Positions 10,321-20,072 of a stretch of 64,000 nucleotides of DNA are shown piece after piece. The notes under the pieces are model-generated. The model made no database searches. It was not told where the DNA came from and saw only the letters and a list, made by a program, of their open reading frames with translations. The stretch's first letter is position 1. Every line of letters begins with the position of its first letter. The stretch is from an uncultured Desulfosarcina sp. (GTDB lineage: Bacteria > Desulfobacterota > Desulfobacteria > Desulfobacterales > Desulfosarcinaceae): the NCBI GenBank assembly GCA_963674945.2, contig CAXXWQ010000003.1:1888001-1952000 (forward strand), read 5' to 3'. The position numbers and the translations under genes are program-made.

Positions 10321-10467
10321 TGATGTCTGTTCATAAATGGCAGGTTCCGGTCCAGGTCAAGGCCGCAGCGATGTCGAAACCGGAGGCGTAGCAGCGCTAC
10401 GTCGAGGATTTCGAGGGAGGGAGAACGCCGACCTGGGCCGGAAGATGCCGTTTAGGGACAGGCATCA
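10321..10467. repeat. ERIC-like palindromic MITE, copy A (contains the lpdA stop codon)
   Basis: TGATGTCTGT...ACAGGCATCA termini; core CAAGGC...CCGGAGGCGTAG..CTACGTCGAGGA...AACGCCG. Confidence 0.7.
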
Positions 10468-11877
10468 AGATGCATAGATGGAACACTTGCGCACATTCAA
10501 GGCCGCCTCCTGCAATGCCTCGGAAAATGTGGGGTGGCCATGGATTGTACGGGAGATGTCCTCGCTGCTGGCGCCGAATTCCAAAGCGAGCACACATTCG
10601 GCAATCATGTCGGCTGCCCGGGGACCGATGATGTGAACGCCCAGGATCCGGTCGGTCTTGCCGTGGGAGATGAGTTTGACGAAGCCGTCGGTCTCCCCCA
10701 TGCAGCGGGCCCGGCCTGCACCGGAAAAGGGAAAACTCCCCACGCAGTAAGGTATGTCTCTTTTGCGCACCTGCTCCTCGGTGAGTCCCACACTGGCCAC
10801 CTCGGGCCAGGTGTACACCACCGCCGGGATGGTGTCGTAGTTCACCTCGCCGGCCCGGCCGGCCATACACTCCACCGCGGCGGTGCCTTCGGCGGAGGCC
10901 TTGTGAGCCAGCATGGGACCGGGCACCAGGTCGCCGATGGCAAAGACGCCCTTTACATTGGTGCGATAGGTCTCGTCCACGATGATGTGGCCGGTTTTCG
11001 TATCCATCTCAACCCCCAATTTCCCGAGGCCCAGCCCTCGGGTCAGGGGGCGGCGACCGATGGAGACCAGAAGCCGGTCGAAGGTCATTTCCTCTTTCTG
11101 GTCACCGCTCTCCAACACGGCTTCGAGCTTGTTGCGCGCCACCTTGGCCGAAGCCACCCGTGTGTTGAGCTTGAACGCCATGCCCTGTCGCTTTAAAATC
11201 CGGTCCAGGGTACGCCCCACCTGGCCATCCAGGGTTGTTGCGATCTTGGGAAGCATCTCGATGACGGTCACCTCGGACCCCAGACGGTTCCATACCGATC
11301 CCAGTTCCAGGCCGATGTATCCCCCTCCCACGATGCCAAGACGTTTGGGAACGCTGTCAAAGGTAAGCGCTTGGCTGGAACTGACGATATGCTTGCCGTC
11401 GAATTCCAGACCTTTTACTTCGATAGGCTCGGAACCTGTGGCGAGAAGGATGTTCGTCGCCCCGAGAAAGATGGATTTTCTCCCTTCTGTCTTCACTTCT
11501 ACCACGGCCGGCTCCGGAATCGTCGCGGTGCCGTGAAATATTTCGATGCTGTTTCCTTCCAGAAGCTTTCGGACATTTTCGGTGAGATCTTCCACCACCT
11601 TGTCCTTTCGTGCCTGCATGGCGGGAAGATCCAGGGATACCTTTCCCGTTTGGATGCCGTATTCGGCGAAGCGATCCTTGGCCAGATGGTAGTATTCGGA
11701 GGCATCCAGAAGCGCCTTGCTGGGGATGCACCCCACGTTCAGGCAAACCCCTCCCAGGCGAGACGCCTTTTCCACCACGGCGGTCTTCATGCCCAGTTGG
11801 GCCGCGCGTACCGCCGCCACGTAACCGCCGGGACCGGAACCGATGATCACCAGATCGAACCGTTCTTTCTCTGCCAT
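10465..11877 (-). CDS. lpdA: Dihydrolipoyl dehydrogenase (E3)
   Basis: GSGPGGYVAA, GGVCLNVGCIPSK, MLAHKA, HPTFSE. Confidence 0.96.
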   Translation of the reverse strand: MAEKERFDLVIIGSGPGGYVAAVRAAQLGMKTAVVEKASRLGGVCLNVGCIPSKALLDASEYYHLAKDRFAEYGIQTGKVSLDLPAMQARKDKVVEDLTENVRKLLEGNSIEIFHGTATIPEPAVVEVKTEGRKSIFLGATNILLATGSEPIEVKGLEFDGKHIVSSSQALTFDSVPKRLGIVGGGYIGLELGSVWNRLGSEVTVIEMLPKIATTLDGQVGRTLDRILKRQGMAFKLNTRVASAKVARNKLEAVLESGDQKEEMTFDRLLVSIGRRPLTRGLGLGKLGVEMDTKTGHIIVDETYRTNVKGVFAIGDLVPGPMLAHKASAEGTAAVECMAGRAGEVNYDTIPAVVYTWPEVASVGLTEEQVRKRDIPYCVGSFPFSGAGRARCMGETDGFVKLISHGKTDRILGVHIIGPRAADMIAECVLALEFGASSEDISRTIHGHPTFSEALQEAALNVRKCSIYAS

Positions 11878-11879
11878 CT

Positions 11880-13154
11880 CTACACCTCCAATGCCATGCG
11901 TTCCGGGTTCTCGACAAACTCCTTGACCCTTTTCAGGAAGGTCACCGCCCCCTTGCCGTCGACGATCCGATGATCGTAACTCAACGCCACATACATCATG
12001 GGCCGAATGACGATCTCGTCGTCGATGACCACCGGCCGCTTCTCGATCTTGTGCATGCCCAGGATACCGCTTTGGGGGCTGTTTAAGATGGGCGTGGAGA
12101 GAAGGCTCCCATAGACCCCGCCGTTGCTCACCGTGAAGGTCCCCCCCTCCAGATCGGCCAGTTCCAGCCGATTCTCCTTGATCTTGGTCACATAGTCCAC
12201 GATGGCCTGTTCCACCTGGGCAAAACTCATGCGCTCCACATGGCGGATTACCGGCACCACCAGCCCTCGCTCGGTTCCCACGGCGACCCCGATGTGCTGG
12301 TAGTTGTGATAGACGATGTCACCGCCGTCGATAAAAGCGTTGATCTCCGGAATCTCCTGCAGCGCCGCCACACAGGCCTTGATGAAAAAGGACATGAACC
12401 CCAGCGAGACCCCGTGACGCTTGTTGAACGCCTCCTTGTACAATGACCGGAGTTCCATGGCGCGGGACATGTCGATCTCGTTGAAGGTGGTGAGCATGGC
12501 CGTGTTCTGTTTGGCGGCCAACAGCCTCTCTGCGATCCGCTTGCGGATGGGCGTCATGGGCATTCGCTCTTCCGGATCCTTTGTTGCGGTTTCATCCGCC
12601 CTCCCGGGCGGTTCTTCAGGAATGCCGGCCGGGGCATTTTCCAGGTAGAGCAGCACGTCTCCCTTGCTGATGCGCCCGCCGGGGCCGGTGCCGGTAATCC
12701 TGGACGCGTCCAGGTTTTTTTCGGCGATCAGCCTGCGAACCGACGGCGCCAGGGGAATGCGGTCGCCATGGGCGGCGGGAAGCGACGACGCTTCTGTTTT
12801 TCGTGGCTCGGGGGAAGACTGCTTGGCCGCGGGTTCGGGCACCGGCTTGGTTTTGGGGGCTCCGGCGGCTGCCGGCTTCTCTTCCTTGCCCTTTTCGGAT
12901 TCGGACCGGGTGGCGGCACCGGATGGATCAATGGATCCCACCACGGTACCGATGGCGACGGTCTGTCCGGCTTCCACCAGTATCGAAAGCATCCCATCGG
13001 CCTCGGCCGCCACCTCCAGGGTCACCTTATCCGTTTCGATGACAAACAACGGCTCGTCCTTTTGTACGGCCTCCCCGTCCTTTTTGAACCATTCGGCCAG
13101 AACCGCTTCCTGGACCGATTCACCGACACTGGGGATCTTGATTTCCATGGACAT
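11880..13154 (-). CDS. sucB: 2-oxoglutarate dehydrogenase E2 (dihydrolipoamide succinyltransferase)
   Basis: Lipoyl domain ETDKVT, E3-binding GTGPGGRI, AMLTTFNE, LSYDHRIVDG. Confidence 0.96.
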   Translation of the reverse strand: MSMEIKIPSVGESVQEAVLAEWFKKDGEAVQKDEPLFVIETDKVTLEVAAEADGMLSILVEAGQTVAIGTVVGSIDPSGAATRSESEKGKEEKPAAAGAPKTKPVPEPAAKQSSPEPRKTEASSLPAAHGDRIPLAPSVRRLIAEKNLDASRITGTGPGGRISKGDVLLYLENAPAGIPEEPPGRADETATKDPEERMPMTPIRKRIAERLLAAKQNTAMLTTFNEIDMSRAMELRSLYKEAFNKRHGVSLGFMSFFIKACVAALQEIPEINAFIDGGDIVYHNYQHIGVAVGTERGLVVPVIRHVERMSFAQVEQAIVDYVTKIKENRLELADLEGGTFTVSNGGVYGSLLSTPILNSPQSGILGMHKIEKRPVVIDDEIVIRPMMYVALSYDHRIVDGKGAVTFLKRVKEFVENPERMALEV

Positions 13155-13165
13155 AAAAACTCCTA

Positions 13166-13235
13166 AGTGATGAGTAATCAGTGATGGATGATGAGTGATC
13201 GGTCATCTGTGACCAGAAACCGAAAACCGTGAACT
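13166..13235. repeat. Degenerate heptanucleotide tandem repeat tract between sucA and sucB
   Basis: AGTGATG AGTAATC AGTGATG GATGATG AGTGATC GGTCATC TGTGACC AGAAACC GAAAACC GTGAACT. Confidence 0.65.
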
Positions 13236-15939
13236 AATCGGTTCCGATGGCCCGATCCACGATGCCGTCCTGCTCCATCTTGTATATCTTCGGGAAACCC
13301 GTAGCCGGACTGGCCGAAGCATCCCGCCCGATGTAGTGGGGTTCCTTTTTCAAAAGCCGTGATAGCATCGGCCGCGTGTACTGCCAGGCACCCATGTTTT
13401 CCGGCTCCTCCTGCACCCATGTCCAGGTCACGGCCTTTTTATACTTGCCGATGACCGATACCAGGGCCGTTTCGGGAAAAGGATAGAGAAGTTCGACCCG
13501 TACGATGGCCGTATCGTTTGCGTTGATCTGCTGCCGCCGGGCAATCAACTGGTAGTAAATCTTGCCGCTGCAGAAGATCACCTTCTTCGCCGATGCCGGC
13601 GCATCGGCATCGTCCAGAACGGCTGAGAATCCTCCTTCTGCCAGCTCCTTCGTTTCTGAAACGGCCATGGGATGACGCAGGAGACTCTTGGGGGTCATGA
13701 GCACCAGGGGTTTGCGATAGGGTGCGTGGATCTGCCTGCGCAACAGGTGAAAGTACTGGGCCGGTGTCGTCGGATTGGCCACCTGAAAATTATCGCCCGC
13801 GCAAAGCTGGAGAAATCGTTCCAATCGGGCACTGGAATGCTCGGGTCCCAACCCTTCCCATCCATGGGGCAAAAGAAGGGTAAGACCGCTAAGCTGTTGC
13901 CACTTGTCCTGACCACTGGCGATGAACAGATCGATGACACACTGGGCATTGTTGACGAAATCACCGAATTGGGCTTCCCAGAGGGTCAGGACGCGGGGCC
14001 GACATACCGAATACCCGTATTCGAAACCCAGGACCCCTGCCTCGGACAAGAGGCTGTTGTGGACGTGAAATGCCGCTTGATCGGCTGTAAGGTGATTGAG
14101 GGGAATGTGGGAGGCGCCTGTCTCATAGTCCCAAAGCACGCTGTGCCGCTGGCTGAAAGTGCCGCGCCCCACGTCCTGTCCGCTGAGTCGAACTGGATAC
14201 CCCTCGGTGAGCAAGGTGGCAAATGCCAATGCCTCGGCGCCTGCCCAGTCGATTCCGGTACCACCGGTAACCGTCTCGCGCCGCTTGTCCAGGACCCCCT
14301 TGAGCCGCGGATGGACGGCAAAACCGTCCGGCATGGTGGCCAGGCGGGTGGCGAGGGTGGCGAGTTTCTCTTCACCCACTGCCGTCTCGACGGGAGCCGG
14401 ATCGAAAATTCCACTTACGCCCTCCCATTCGGGGAAACATTTTGGTTCTGGAAAGGTGCAGGTGGATCCGTGAATTTCCTCATAGGCCGCATCCAGTTCG
14501 TCGGTGACGGCCTGGGCCATCTCTTCCACCTGTCTTTTCTCGACCACCTTTCCGGCGGTGAGTTGGTCCGCATAAACCTGGCTTACCGGCGGCCGTTGCC
14601 GGATCCGCTGGTACATGGTCGGCTGGGTGAAATAGGGTTCATCCCCTTCGTTGTGGCCATACCGGCGATAACAGACCAGGTCGATGACCACGTCCTTATG
14701 GAAAGCAAACCGGTACTCCGTGGCAAGGCGCGCCACATGAACCACGGCTTCCGGGTCTTCTCCGTGCACATGGAAGATGGGTACCATGAGCATCTTGGCG
14801 ACATCTGTGGAATAGCGGGTGGAACGGGCATCTTCGGGCAACGTGGTATACCCGATCTGGTTGTTGATGACCACATGAATGGTACCGCCGGTACGGTACC
14901 CTGATAGTTGGGACATGTTCAGGGTCTCGGCCACCACCCCCTGTCCGGCAAACGCCGCATCTCCGTGGAGTAAGACCGGCATCACGGATTTCTCTCCGTC
15001 TGTCCCGAATCGATCCTGGCGCGCCCGGGCCACCCCCTCCACCACCGGATTCACCGCCTCCAGGTGGCTGGGATTGCTTACCATGTACAGGGTCAGCTCC
15101 CGTCCCTCTTCCATCATTCGCTGGGTCAGGTAACCATTGTGGTATTTTACATCGCCGGAGCCAATGAGATCCTGGGGATCATAACAGCTTTCAAACTCCG
15201 AAAAGATCTCCTCGGCCGGTTTGTCCATGATGTTGCGCAGCACGTTAAGCCTTCCCCGGTGCGCCATCCCCAGGATGATCTCCCGGCAGCCGGCGGAAAC
15301 GGAGCGCGTGCAGCATTCGTCCAGCAGTGGAATCAACGCTTCACCGCCTTCCAGGGAAAAACGGGTAACGCCCACGTATTTTTTATTGAGAAAGGCCTCG
15401 AACAGATTGGCCGCCATGAGCTTTTCCAGCACACCGGTTTGCTCGGCGGCGGTGAATTGGGAACTGTTTCTCGTCGGCTCCATCCGTTCTTGCAGCCAGC
15501 GGCGCTCGTCAGGATCCTGGATGTGCATGTACTCCACACCGATACTGTGACAGTAGGTCTGTTTCAGTTTTCCCAGGATCTCCTTCAGGGGCGCCGACGT
15601 CTGGAGCCCCAGATCCGGCGCGGCGAAACTTCGATCCAGGTCGGATTCGACCAGACCGAAAGCCCCAAGGTCCAGCAGCGGATGGGCCGTTGGACACGCG
15701 GCCAGCGGATCCATACAGGCCAGCAGGTGGCCGATGTCACGGTACCGGTGGATCAGGGCACCGACCCGGGCCTGACGGAATGCCTGTTCGGCGTCGGCGT
15801 CCCCCGGACCCACCGGCCCGGCCATCTCGAACCCCCTGAAAAACATTTTCCAATCTTCGGAAAGGGTCGATGGATCGGTTTTCCACTTTTTGTACTGGGA
15901 GTCGATGAAATCGGCGCTTAGGGTTTCCGACAGATTCAT
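13234..15939 (-). CDS. sucA: 2-oxoglutarate dehydrogenase E1
   Basis: RFSLEGGE, GMAHRGRLNVL, SGDVKYH, HGDAAFAGQG, GPEHSSARLER; start at 15939 behind AAGGAG. Confidence 0.96.
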   Translation of the reverse strand: MNLSETLSADFIDSQYKKWKTDPSTLSEDWKMFFRGFEMAGPVGPGDADAEQAFRQARVGALIHRYRDIGHLLACMDPLAACPTAHPLLDLGAFGLVESDLDRSFAAPDLGLQTSAPLKEILGKLKQTYCHSIGVEYMHIQDPDERRWLQERMEPTRNSSQFTAAEQTGVLEKLMAANLFEAFLNKKYVGVTRFSLEGGEALIPLLDECCTRSVSAGCREIILGMAHRGRLNVLRNIMDKPAEEIFSEFESCYDPQDLIGSGDVKYHNGYLTQRMMEEGRELTLYMVSNPSHLEAVNPVVEGVARARQDRFGTDGEKSVMPVLLHGDAAFAGQGVVAETLNMSQLSGYRTGGTIHVVINNQIGYTTLPEDARSTRYSTDVAKMLMVPIFHVHGEDPEAVVHVARLATEYRFAFHKDVVIDLVCYRRYGHNEGDEPYFTQPTMYQRIRQRPPVSQVYADQLTAGKVVEKRQVEEMAQAVTDELDAAYEEIHGSTCTFPEPKCFPEWEGVSGIFDPAPVETAVGEEKLATLATRLATMPDGFAVHPRLKGVLDKRRETVTGGTGIDWAGAEALAFATLLTEGYPVRLSGQDVGRGTFSQRHSVLWDYETGASHIPLNHLTADQAAFHVHNSLLSEAGVLGFEYGYSVCRPRVLTLWEAQFGDFVNNAQCVIDLFIASGQDKWQQLSGLTLLLPHGWEGLGPEHSSARLERFLQLCAGDNFQVANPTTPAQYFHLLRRQIHAPYRKPLVLMTPKSLLRHPMAVSETKELAEGGFSAVLDDADAPASAKKVIFCSGKIYYQLIARRQQINANDTAIVRVELLYPFPETALVSVIGKYKKAVTWTWVQEEPENMGAWQYTRPMLSRLLKKEPHYIGRDASASPATGFPKIYKMEQDGIVDRAIGTD

Positions 15940-16258
15940 CTTGGAAAATCTCCTTATCCCTCGTTTCTGGACGGGTGCTGTAAAAAACGGCTTCCATGGA
16001 GTCTTATCGGGAAACGGTTCAATCGTAAGTTGAAACGACAAGTATCGGGGTCAATGATCATATTACCTTAACAATAACCATACCACAACCGGCAAGACAA
16101 AAAACCGATCTGGTGAAGAAAGCTCAAAAACAAATGTAAGAACCTGTATTTTTTATTTTTCTACCAACATATCGACATCGTTGCCATTACAAAACATGTA
16201 TCATTTGAGACAGGATGTCTCGAGACGAAAGTACCAACCATGCCAATCACCCCCATGA

Positions 16259-16951
16259 TCACGATTCTCCCCTGATGCGTTTGATGATGAAAGGAATGAA
16301 AAATGAAAAAAGAAAAAGGGAAATGGAGAACAGGACCTTGAAGGAAATCAGCTCACCCCATTCACCCGATACCCACACCTGCTTTAGCGTACCGATGAAG
16401 AAGGTGAAGATGAAGGTACCGACGATGATCCCCAAACCTGTACCCGCCAGGTAGTCCGTCATCTTGACCCGGGTGAGACCCATGCCGAAATTCATCACAG
16501 TGAAGGGAAAGTAGATCAGACGCAGGTACAGGACCGTTGCGAAACCATTTTGCTCAATGGCGTCGTCATATCTTTTCATTCGGTCCCCCACGAGGGATGC
16601 GGCAAAATCCCGTCCCAGGGACCGTCCAATGACAAAGGCGCAAAAAGCGCCGATCATTGCGCCGATCCACACCCATAAAAACCCCCAATAGGGACCGAAG
16701 ATGGCCGCCCCCAAACCCGTGAGCAGGGTACCGGGGACAAAGATGCAGACACCTGCCGCATAGACGATGATAAAAACGATTGGCGCCCACAGGCCCGCCA
16801 TTTCCAGCAGTGAACCCAGTGCCTCGGCCGTCAGATAGTCCTTTATCGGTGAAAAGCGTACCAAAAAAACGGCACCGACAATGAAAAGAACGAGGACAGC
16901 CGCCTTTTTTTTACCACTGGTGTTGGTATTGGGTTTATCCACGGTCTCCAT
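16259..16951 (-). CDS. TVP38/TMEM64 (DedA/VTT) membrane protein
   Basis: VPGTLLTGLGAAIFG, YLRLIYFPFTVMNFGMGLT. Confidence 0.85.
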   Translation of the reverse strand: METVDKPNTNTSGKKKAAVLVLFIVGAVFLVRFSPIKDYLTAEALGSLLEMAGLWAPIVFIIVYAAGVCIFVPGTLLTGLGAAIFGPYWGFLWVWIGAMIGAFCAFVIGRSLGRDFAASLVGDRMKRYDDAIEQNGFATVLYLRLIYFPFTVMNFGMGLTRVKMTDYLAGTGLGIIVGTFIFTFFIGTLKQVWVSGEWGELISFKVLFSISLFLFSFFIPFIIKRIRGES

Positions 16952-18422
16952 TGTCGCAATCTCCGCAGGATGCCGGTGTACAGGCCCGCCCCTTGAGGTT
17001 GAAGAAAAATTTGAGCGTTTTCTGAACCTTGTCCGAGAAGATTTTTGGTGAGAAGACGTTACCGGCAACGCGCTTTCCGATCTCTCCCAGCGTCGGATAC
17101 GGAAAGATGGCCGACGCCAAGGTGGATAGCTTCACGCCGCCGTTTACACAAGCCACCCACTGCCCGATCAAATCCCCTGCGCGGGGGCCGAATATCTGAA
17201 TCCCCAGCGGTTTCTCCTTCTTGTCGAGAATCAGTTTGATCTTCCCTTCGATATCCCCTTCGGCCAGGGCACGGTCGTTGTCCCGGAAGGACTCGGTCCA
17301 GACCGCGTATTCGATCCCCGCCTGCTTTGCCGCTTTCTCGTTCATGCCGATGCTGGCCAGTTCCGGGGCCGTGTAGGTACACCAGGGAAGCCAGGTGTAA
17401 TTCACCTTTCGCGGCAGGTGAAACACGGCATTGCTCACCACGATGCCGCCTTCGTAACCGGCCGCATGGGTAAACTGGAACCCACCGCTCACGTCTCCGG
17501 CGGCAAAGATGTTCTTTTGGCTGGTGCGAAGCCGACTGTCCACCTGGATCCCGGCGTATTCATGTGTTACGCCGGCGGCGTCCAAATGCAACTCCTGAAC
17601 GTTTGCCCGTCGGCCCATGGCCACCAGGACCGCATCGGCCTTCAATTCCACGCTGGCTGCACCGTTTCGCGAAACGACTACCGTTTTTCTCTCACCACGT
17701 TGGGACACCCTTTCCACGGACGAATTCAGGTGAAATGCGACGCCTTCGCGTGTCAGAACGTCTCGTACGGCAGCCGCCATGTCCGGATCCTCCTTGAGGA
17801 GGATCTGATCCGCCCGGTCCACAACCGTTACATCGGTTCCCATACGGTTGAATGCCTGTGCCATTTCGATACCGATGGGACCGCCCCCCAGGACGATCAT
17901 GCTTTGGGGAAGGGCTTCGAGAGAGAAGATCTCACGGTTGGTGATGAAATCGATCTCTCTAAGGCCGGGTATGGGGGGAACCATCGCCGATGATCCGGTG
18001 GCAACGACCCAGTTCCTGGCACTGATGGTCTGACCGTTCACGGAAACGGCATGGTCATCCTGAAAACCGGCGCTTCCGAACACCACCTTGGCGCCCAACG
18101 CGCAGAATCGCTCGGCCGAATCGTGTTTCTGGAGGACGGCAATCACATCGGCGATCCTCCGGGCAATGGATGAAAAATCCACCGGCGGTACGTCCAATGT
18201 CGGCAGACCGAACCGATGAGCATGTTTCATCTCATGGTAGACGTGGGCCGACCGGATGAGTGTTTTGGAAGGCACGCAGCCATAGTGAAGACAGTCTCCA
18301 CCCAGATCGTGTTCTTTTTCGATGAGCAGTGTTCTGGCACCCAGCTGCGCGGCTCCCGATGCCACGGTGAGCCCGGCCGCGCCGCCGCCGATAATTCCTA
18401 TATCGTAATCGAAATCAGCCAT
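16935..18422 (-). CDS. Pyridine nucleotide-disulfide oxidoreductase (MerA/LpdA-like family)
   Basis: GGGAAG, GGDCLHYGCVPSK, FQFTHAA, FPYPTLGE. Confidence 0.88.
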   Translation of the reverse strand: MADFDYDIGIIGGGAAGLTVASGAAQLGARTLLIEKEHDLGGDCLHYGCVPSKTLIRSAHVYHEMKHAHRFGLPTLDVPPVDFSSIARRIADVIAVLQKHDSAERFCALGAKVVFGSAGFQDDHAVSVNGQTISARNWVVATGSSAMVPPIPGLREIDFITNREIFSLEALPQSMIVLGGGPIGIEMAQAFNRMGTDVTVVDRADQILLKEDPDMAAAVRDVLTREGVAFHLNSSVERVSQRGERKTVVVSRNGAASVELKADAVLVAMGRRANVQELHLDAAGVTHEYAGIQVDSRLRTSQKNIFAAGDVSGGFQFTHAAGYEGGIVVSNAVFHLPRKVNYTWLPWCTYTAPELASIGMNEKAAKQAGIEYAVWTESFRDNDRALAEGDIEGKIKLILDKKEKPLGIQIFGPRAGDLIGQWVACVNGGVKLSTLASAIFPYPTLGEIGKRVAGNVFSPKIFSDKVQKTLKFFFNLKGRACTPASCGDCDNGDRG

Positions 18423-19179
18423 GGTACCCTCCTTGGACATCGTTTAGGGACCAATCGTAATCCAGATATCTGACCTTGATTTTTTTCCGATCGCCCATCA
18501 GCCGGTCCCGCAAAGGCCCACGGGCGTATTTGGCAACATATCCGATCACATCATCGCCGAAATCCTCAGAAAACCATCGAAAGATCTTGCTCACCCATAA
18601 GGTGTTTCCATCCAGGCGATTGAAACGGGTGTCGTTGATGAAGTCCCGTGCGGCCCGGTCCAGTTGCATGTCCAGCTGTCTGCCGGTAAACGGCTCTTTC
18701 CGGAGTGGCGGGCACCCCATGGAAGCACAATTGATGGCGAAATGCACCCGTGGATCATTGAATCGTTTTCTCAGGATCTCATGCTCAATCTGGTCGAGGG
18801 TGAGCAGTTCTCCATGGATTCGGGCAAGCTTCTTTTTCCACGGCGATGAGAAAAAGGAGCCCAGATCCTTGATGGAATCGACGTCCGGATACCGAGACAA
18901 GATGAGCTTGATGGTCCAGGCGTTGTATGCATTGACATAAAAGGCGAACTGTTCGCTTCGCGGCAAAGATTCTGGATCCACGACCGACAACTTCTCCAGA
19001 TATTGATCCAACATCGCCTCGTCCGCCGTAATCCCTCGATAATCCAATAGTCCATCCGCGAGATGTCGGCGGAGCAACTGGGCGAAAAGCCCATGGTCCA
19101 CCGTCTCGGCATTGGCAGGAAAGACGCTCGCCCAACAGATGACCATCGCGATGGCCAAATGTAAGGTTGCAGGCTTCAT
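18415..19179 (-). CDS. DUF547 domain exported protein
   Basis: Signal peptide; NAYNAWT, DPRVHFAINCASMGCPPL, YDWSLN. Confidence 0.88.
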   Translation of the reverse strand: MKPATLHLAIAMVICWASVFPANAETVDHGLFAQLLRRHLADGLLDYRGITADEAMLDQYLEKLSVVDPESLPRSEQFAFYVNAYNAWTIKLILSRYPDVDSIKDLGSFFSSPWKKKLARIHGELLTLDQIEHEILRKRFNDPRVHFAINCASMGCPPLRKEPFTGRQLDMQLDRAARDFINDTRFNRLDGNTLWVSKIFRWFSEDFGDDVIGYVAKYARGPLRDRLMGDRKKIKVRYLDYDWSLNDVQGGYHG

Positions 19180-19189
19180 GAGAGAGACG

Positions 19190-19411
19190 CTACTCTTTGT
19201 TGGGCCAAACTACGCCGGTCCGCTCCTCCATGAAATAACAGAAGCGATTCCATTCAAACTCCCGGAGACTGATCGGACAGCGCAGCTTGACCTTGCGGTC
19301 GGTAACCGCCACCACTTCCCAATCCCCCTTTCGGGGGCCGGTCTGGATATTGATCTTTTGCCCGACCCGGAACGGATAAGGTGCGAACACGGTTACATCG
19401 TGGGTTTCCAT
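19190..19411 (-). CDS. Small hypothetical protein
   Basis: 73-aa ORF with AAGGA RBS, co-oriented with the DUF547 cluster. Confidence 0.7.
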   Translation of the reverse strand: METHDVTVFAPYPFRVGQKINIQTGPRKGDWEVVAVTDRKVKLRCPISLREFEWNRFCYFMEERTGVVWPNKE

Positions 19412-19436
19412 TGTCGCTATCCTTTTTCGATTTTCC

Positions 19437-19631
19437 TAGTATTCGTCCAGAAATAGGAGAATTTGGTCGAGATCAAGGTGCGTGACCAATTTTAGCCCGG
19501 GTTTTGCCACGGGTGCCCGAAGGAAATTCCTTTGGGGTGCATATGGTTGATATCCCGCGGATAAAATTTTGAGCGCAACGCCGATATCGGCCAAAGCGAA
19601 AGTTGGCTTGGCCATTTCTGGATATGCACTA
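19437..19631. repeat. ERIC-like palindromic MITE, copy B (with an internal hairpin insertion)
   Basis: TCCAGAAAT...ATTTCTGGA termini; TCGAGATCAAGG...CATATGGTTGATAT...GCAACGCCGATATCGG; closely similar to 35681-35825. Confidence 0.8.
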
Positions 19632-19841
19632 TCTGATATTTTCAAACTTGTCATGCCAAGCACAGTCATTGCAATAGGTTTCTGTATTGTCATCCACAGG
19701 CGGGCATTCATCGGGTTCCGTCTCCTCGGAAAACCGGACCTCCCCGTCCCTGCACTCGAACTCGTGAACGTCGTATTCGTCTTCGTGATTCTTCACATAA
19801 AAGGTCTTGCAGCCGCAGACCGGGCATTTGGATTGGCGCAT
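19629..19841 (-). CDS. Small acidic Cys-rich (zinc-ribbon/rubredoxin-like) protein
   Basis: CPVCGC...YCNDC; GGAGG RBS. Confidence 0.75.
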   Translation of the reverse strand: MRQSKCPVCGCKTFYVKNHEDEYDVHEFECRDGEVRFSEETEPDECPPVDDNTETYCNDCAWHDKFENIR

Positions 19842-19859
19842 GGCGATACCTCCAAAATT

Positions 19860-19985
19860 GACGGATTCGTAAAAGGCCCGATATCGGCGTTACGCTTCAT
19901 CTCTCGTCACTGCGGCGTACTCTATGTAGGCCTCATTCCTTAAGGACTCGCAATCCTTGATCTCGAACTTTTTTACGAAGCCGTC
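19860..19985. repeat. ERIC-like palindromic MITE, copy C
   Basis: GACGGATTCGTAAAAG...CTTTTTACGAAGCCGTC terminal inverted repeats; closely similar to 40558-40684. Confidence 0.8.
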
Positions 19986-20072
19986 CGAAATCAGTTTTTT
20001 AGTAGTTCATCAAAATTATCCTTTAAATGATAGCGAACATTCTTTCCCGTCATTTTGTTGGGAGAGGAGATC

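Noticed and set aside
13672..14904. Long antisense ORFs (also 25597-26688, 45815-47212, 50867-51844, 56648-57694, 37988-38974)
   Set aside because: They lie opposite well-supported genes and have no recognisable motifs; typical shadow ORFs of GC-rich coding DNA
16935..18422. Mercuric reductase (merA) call
   Set aside because: No N-terminal metal-binding domain, no vicinal C-terminal CC pair and no mer genes nearby
19436..19711. 91-aa ORF
   Set aside because: Mostly encoded by MITE copy B and overlaps the real Cys-rich gene in another frame
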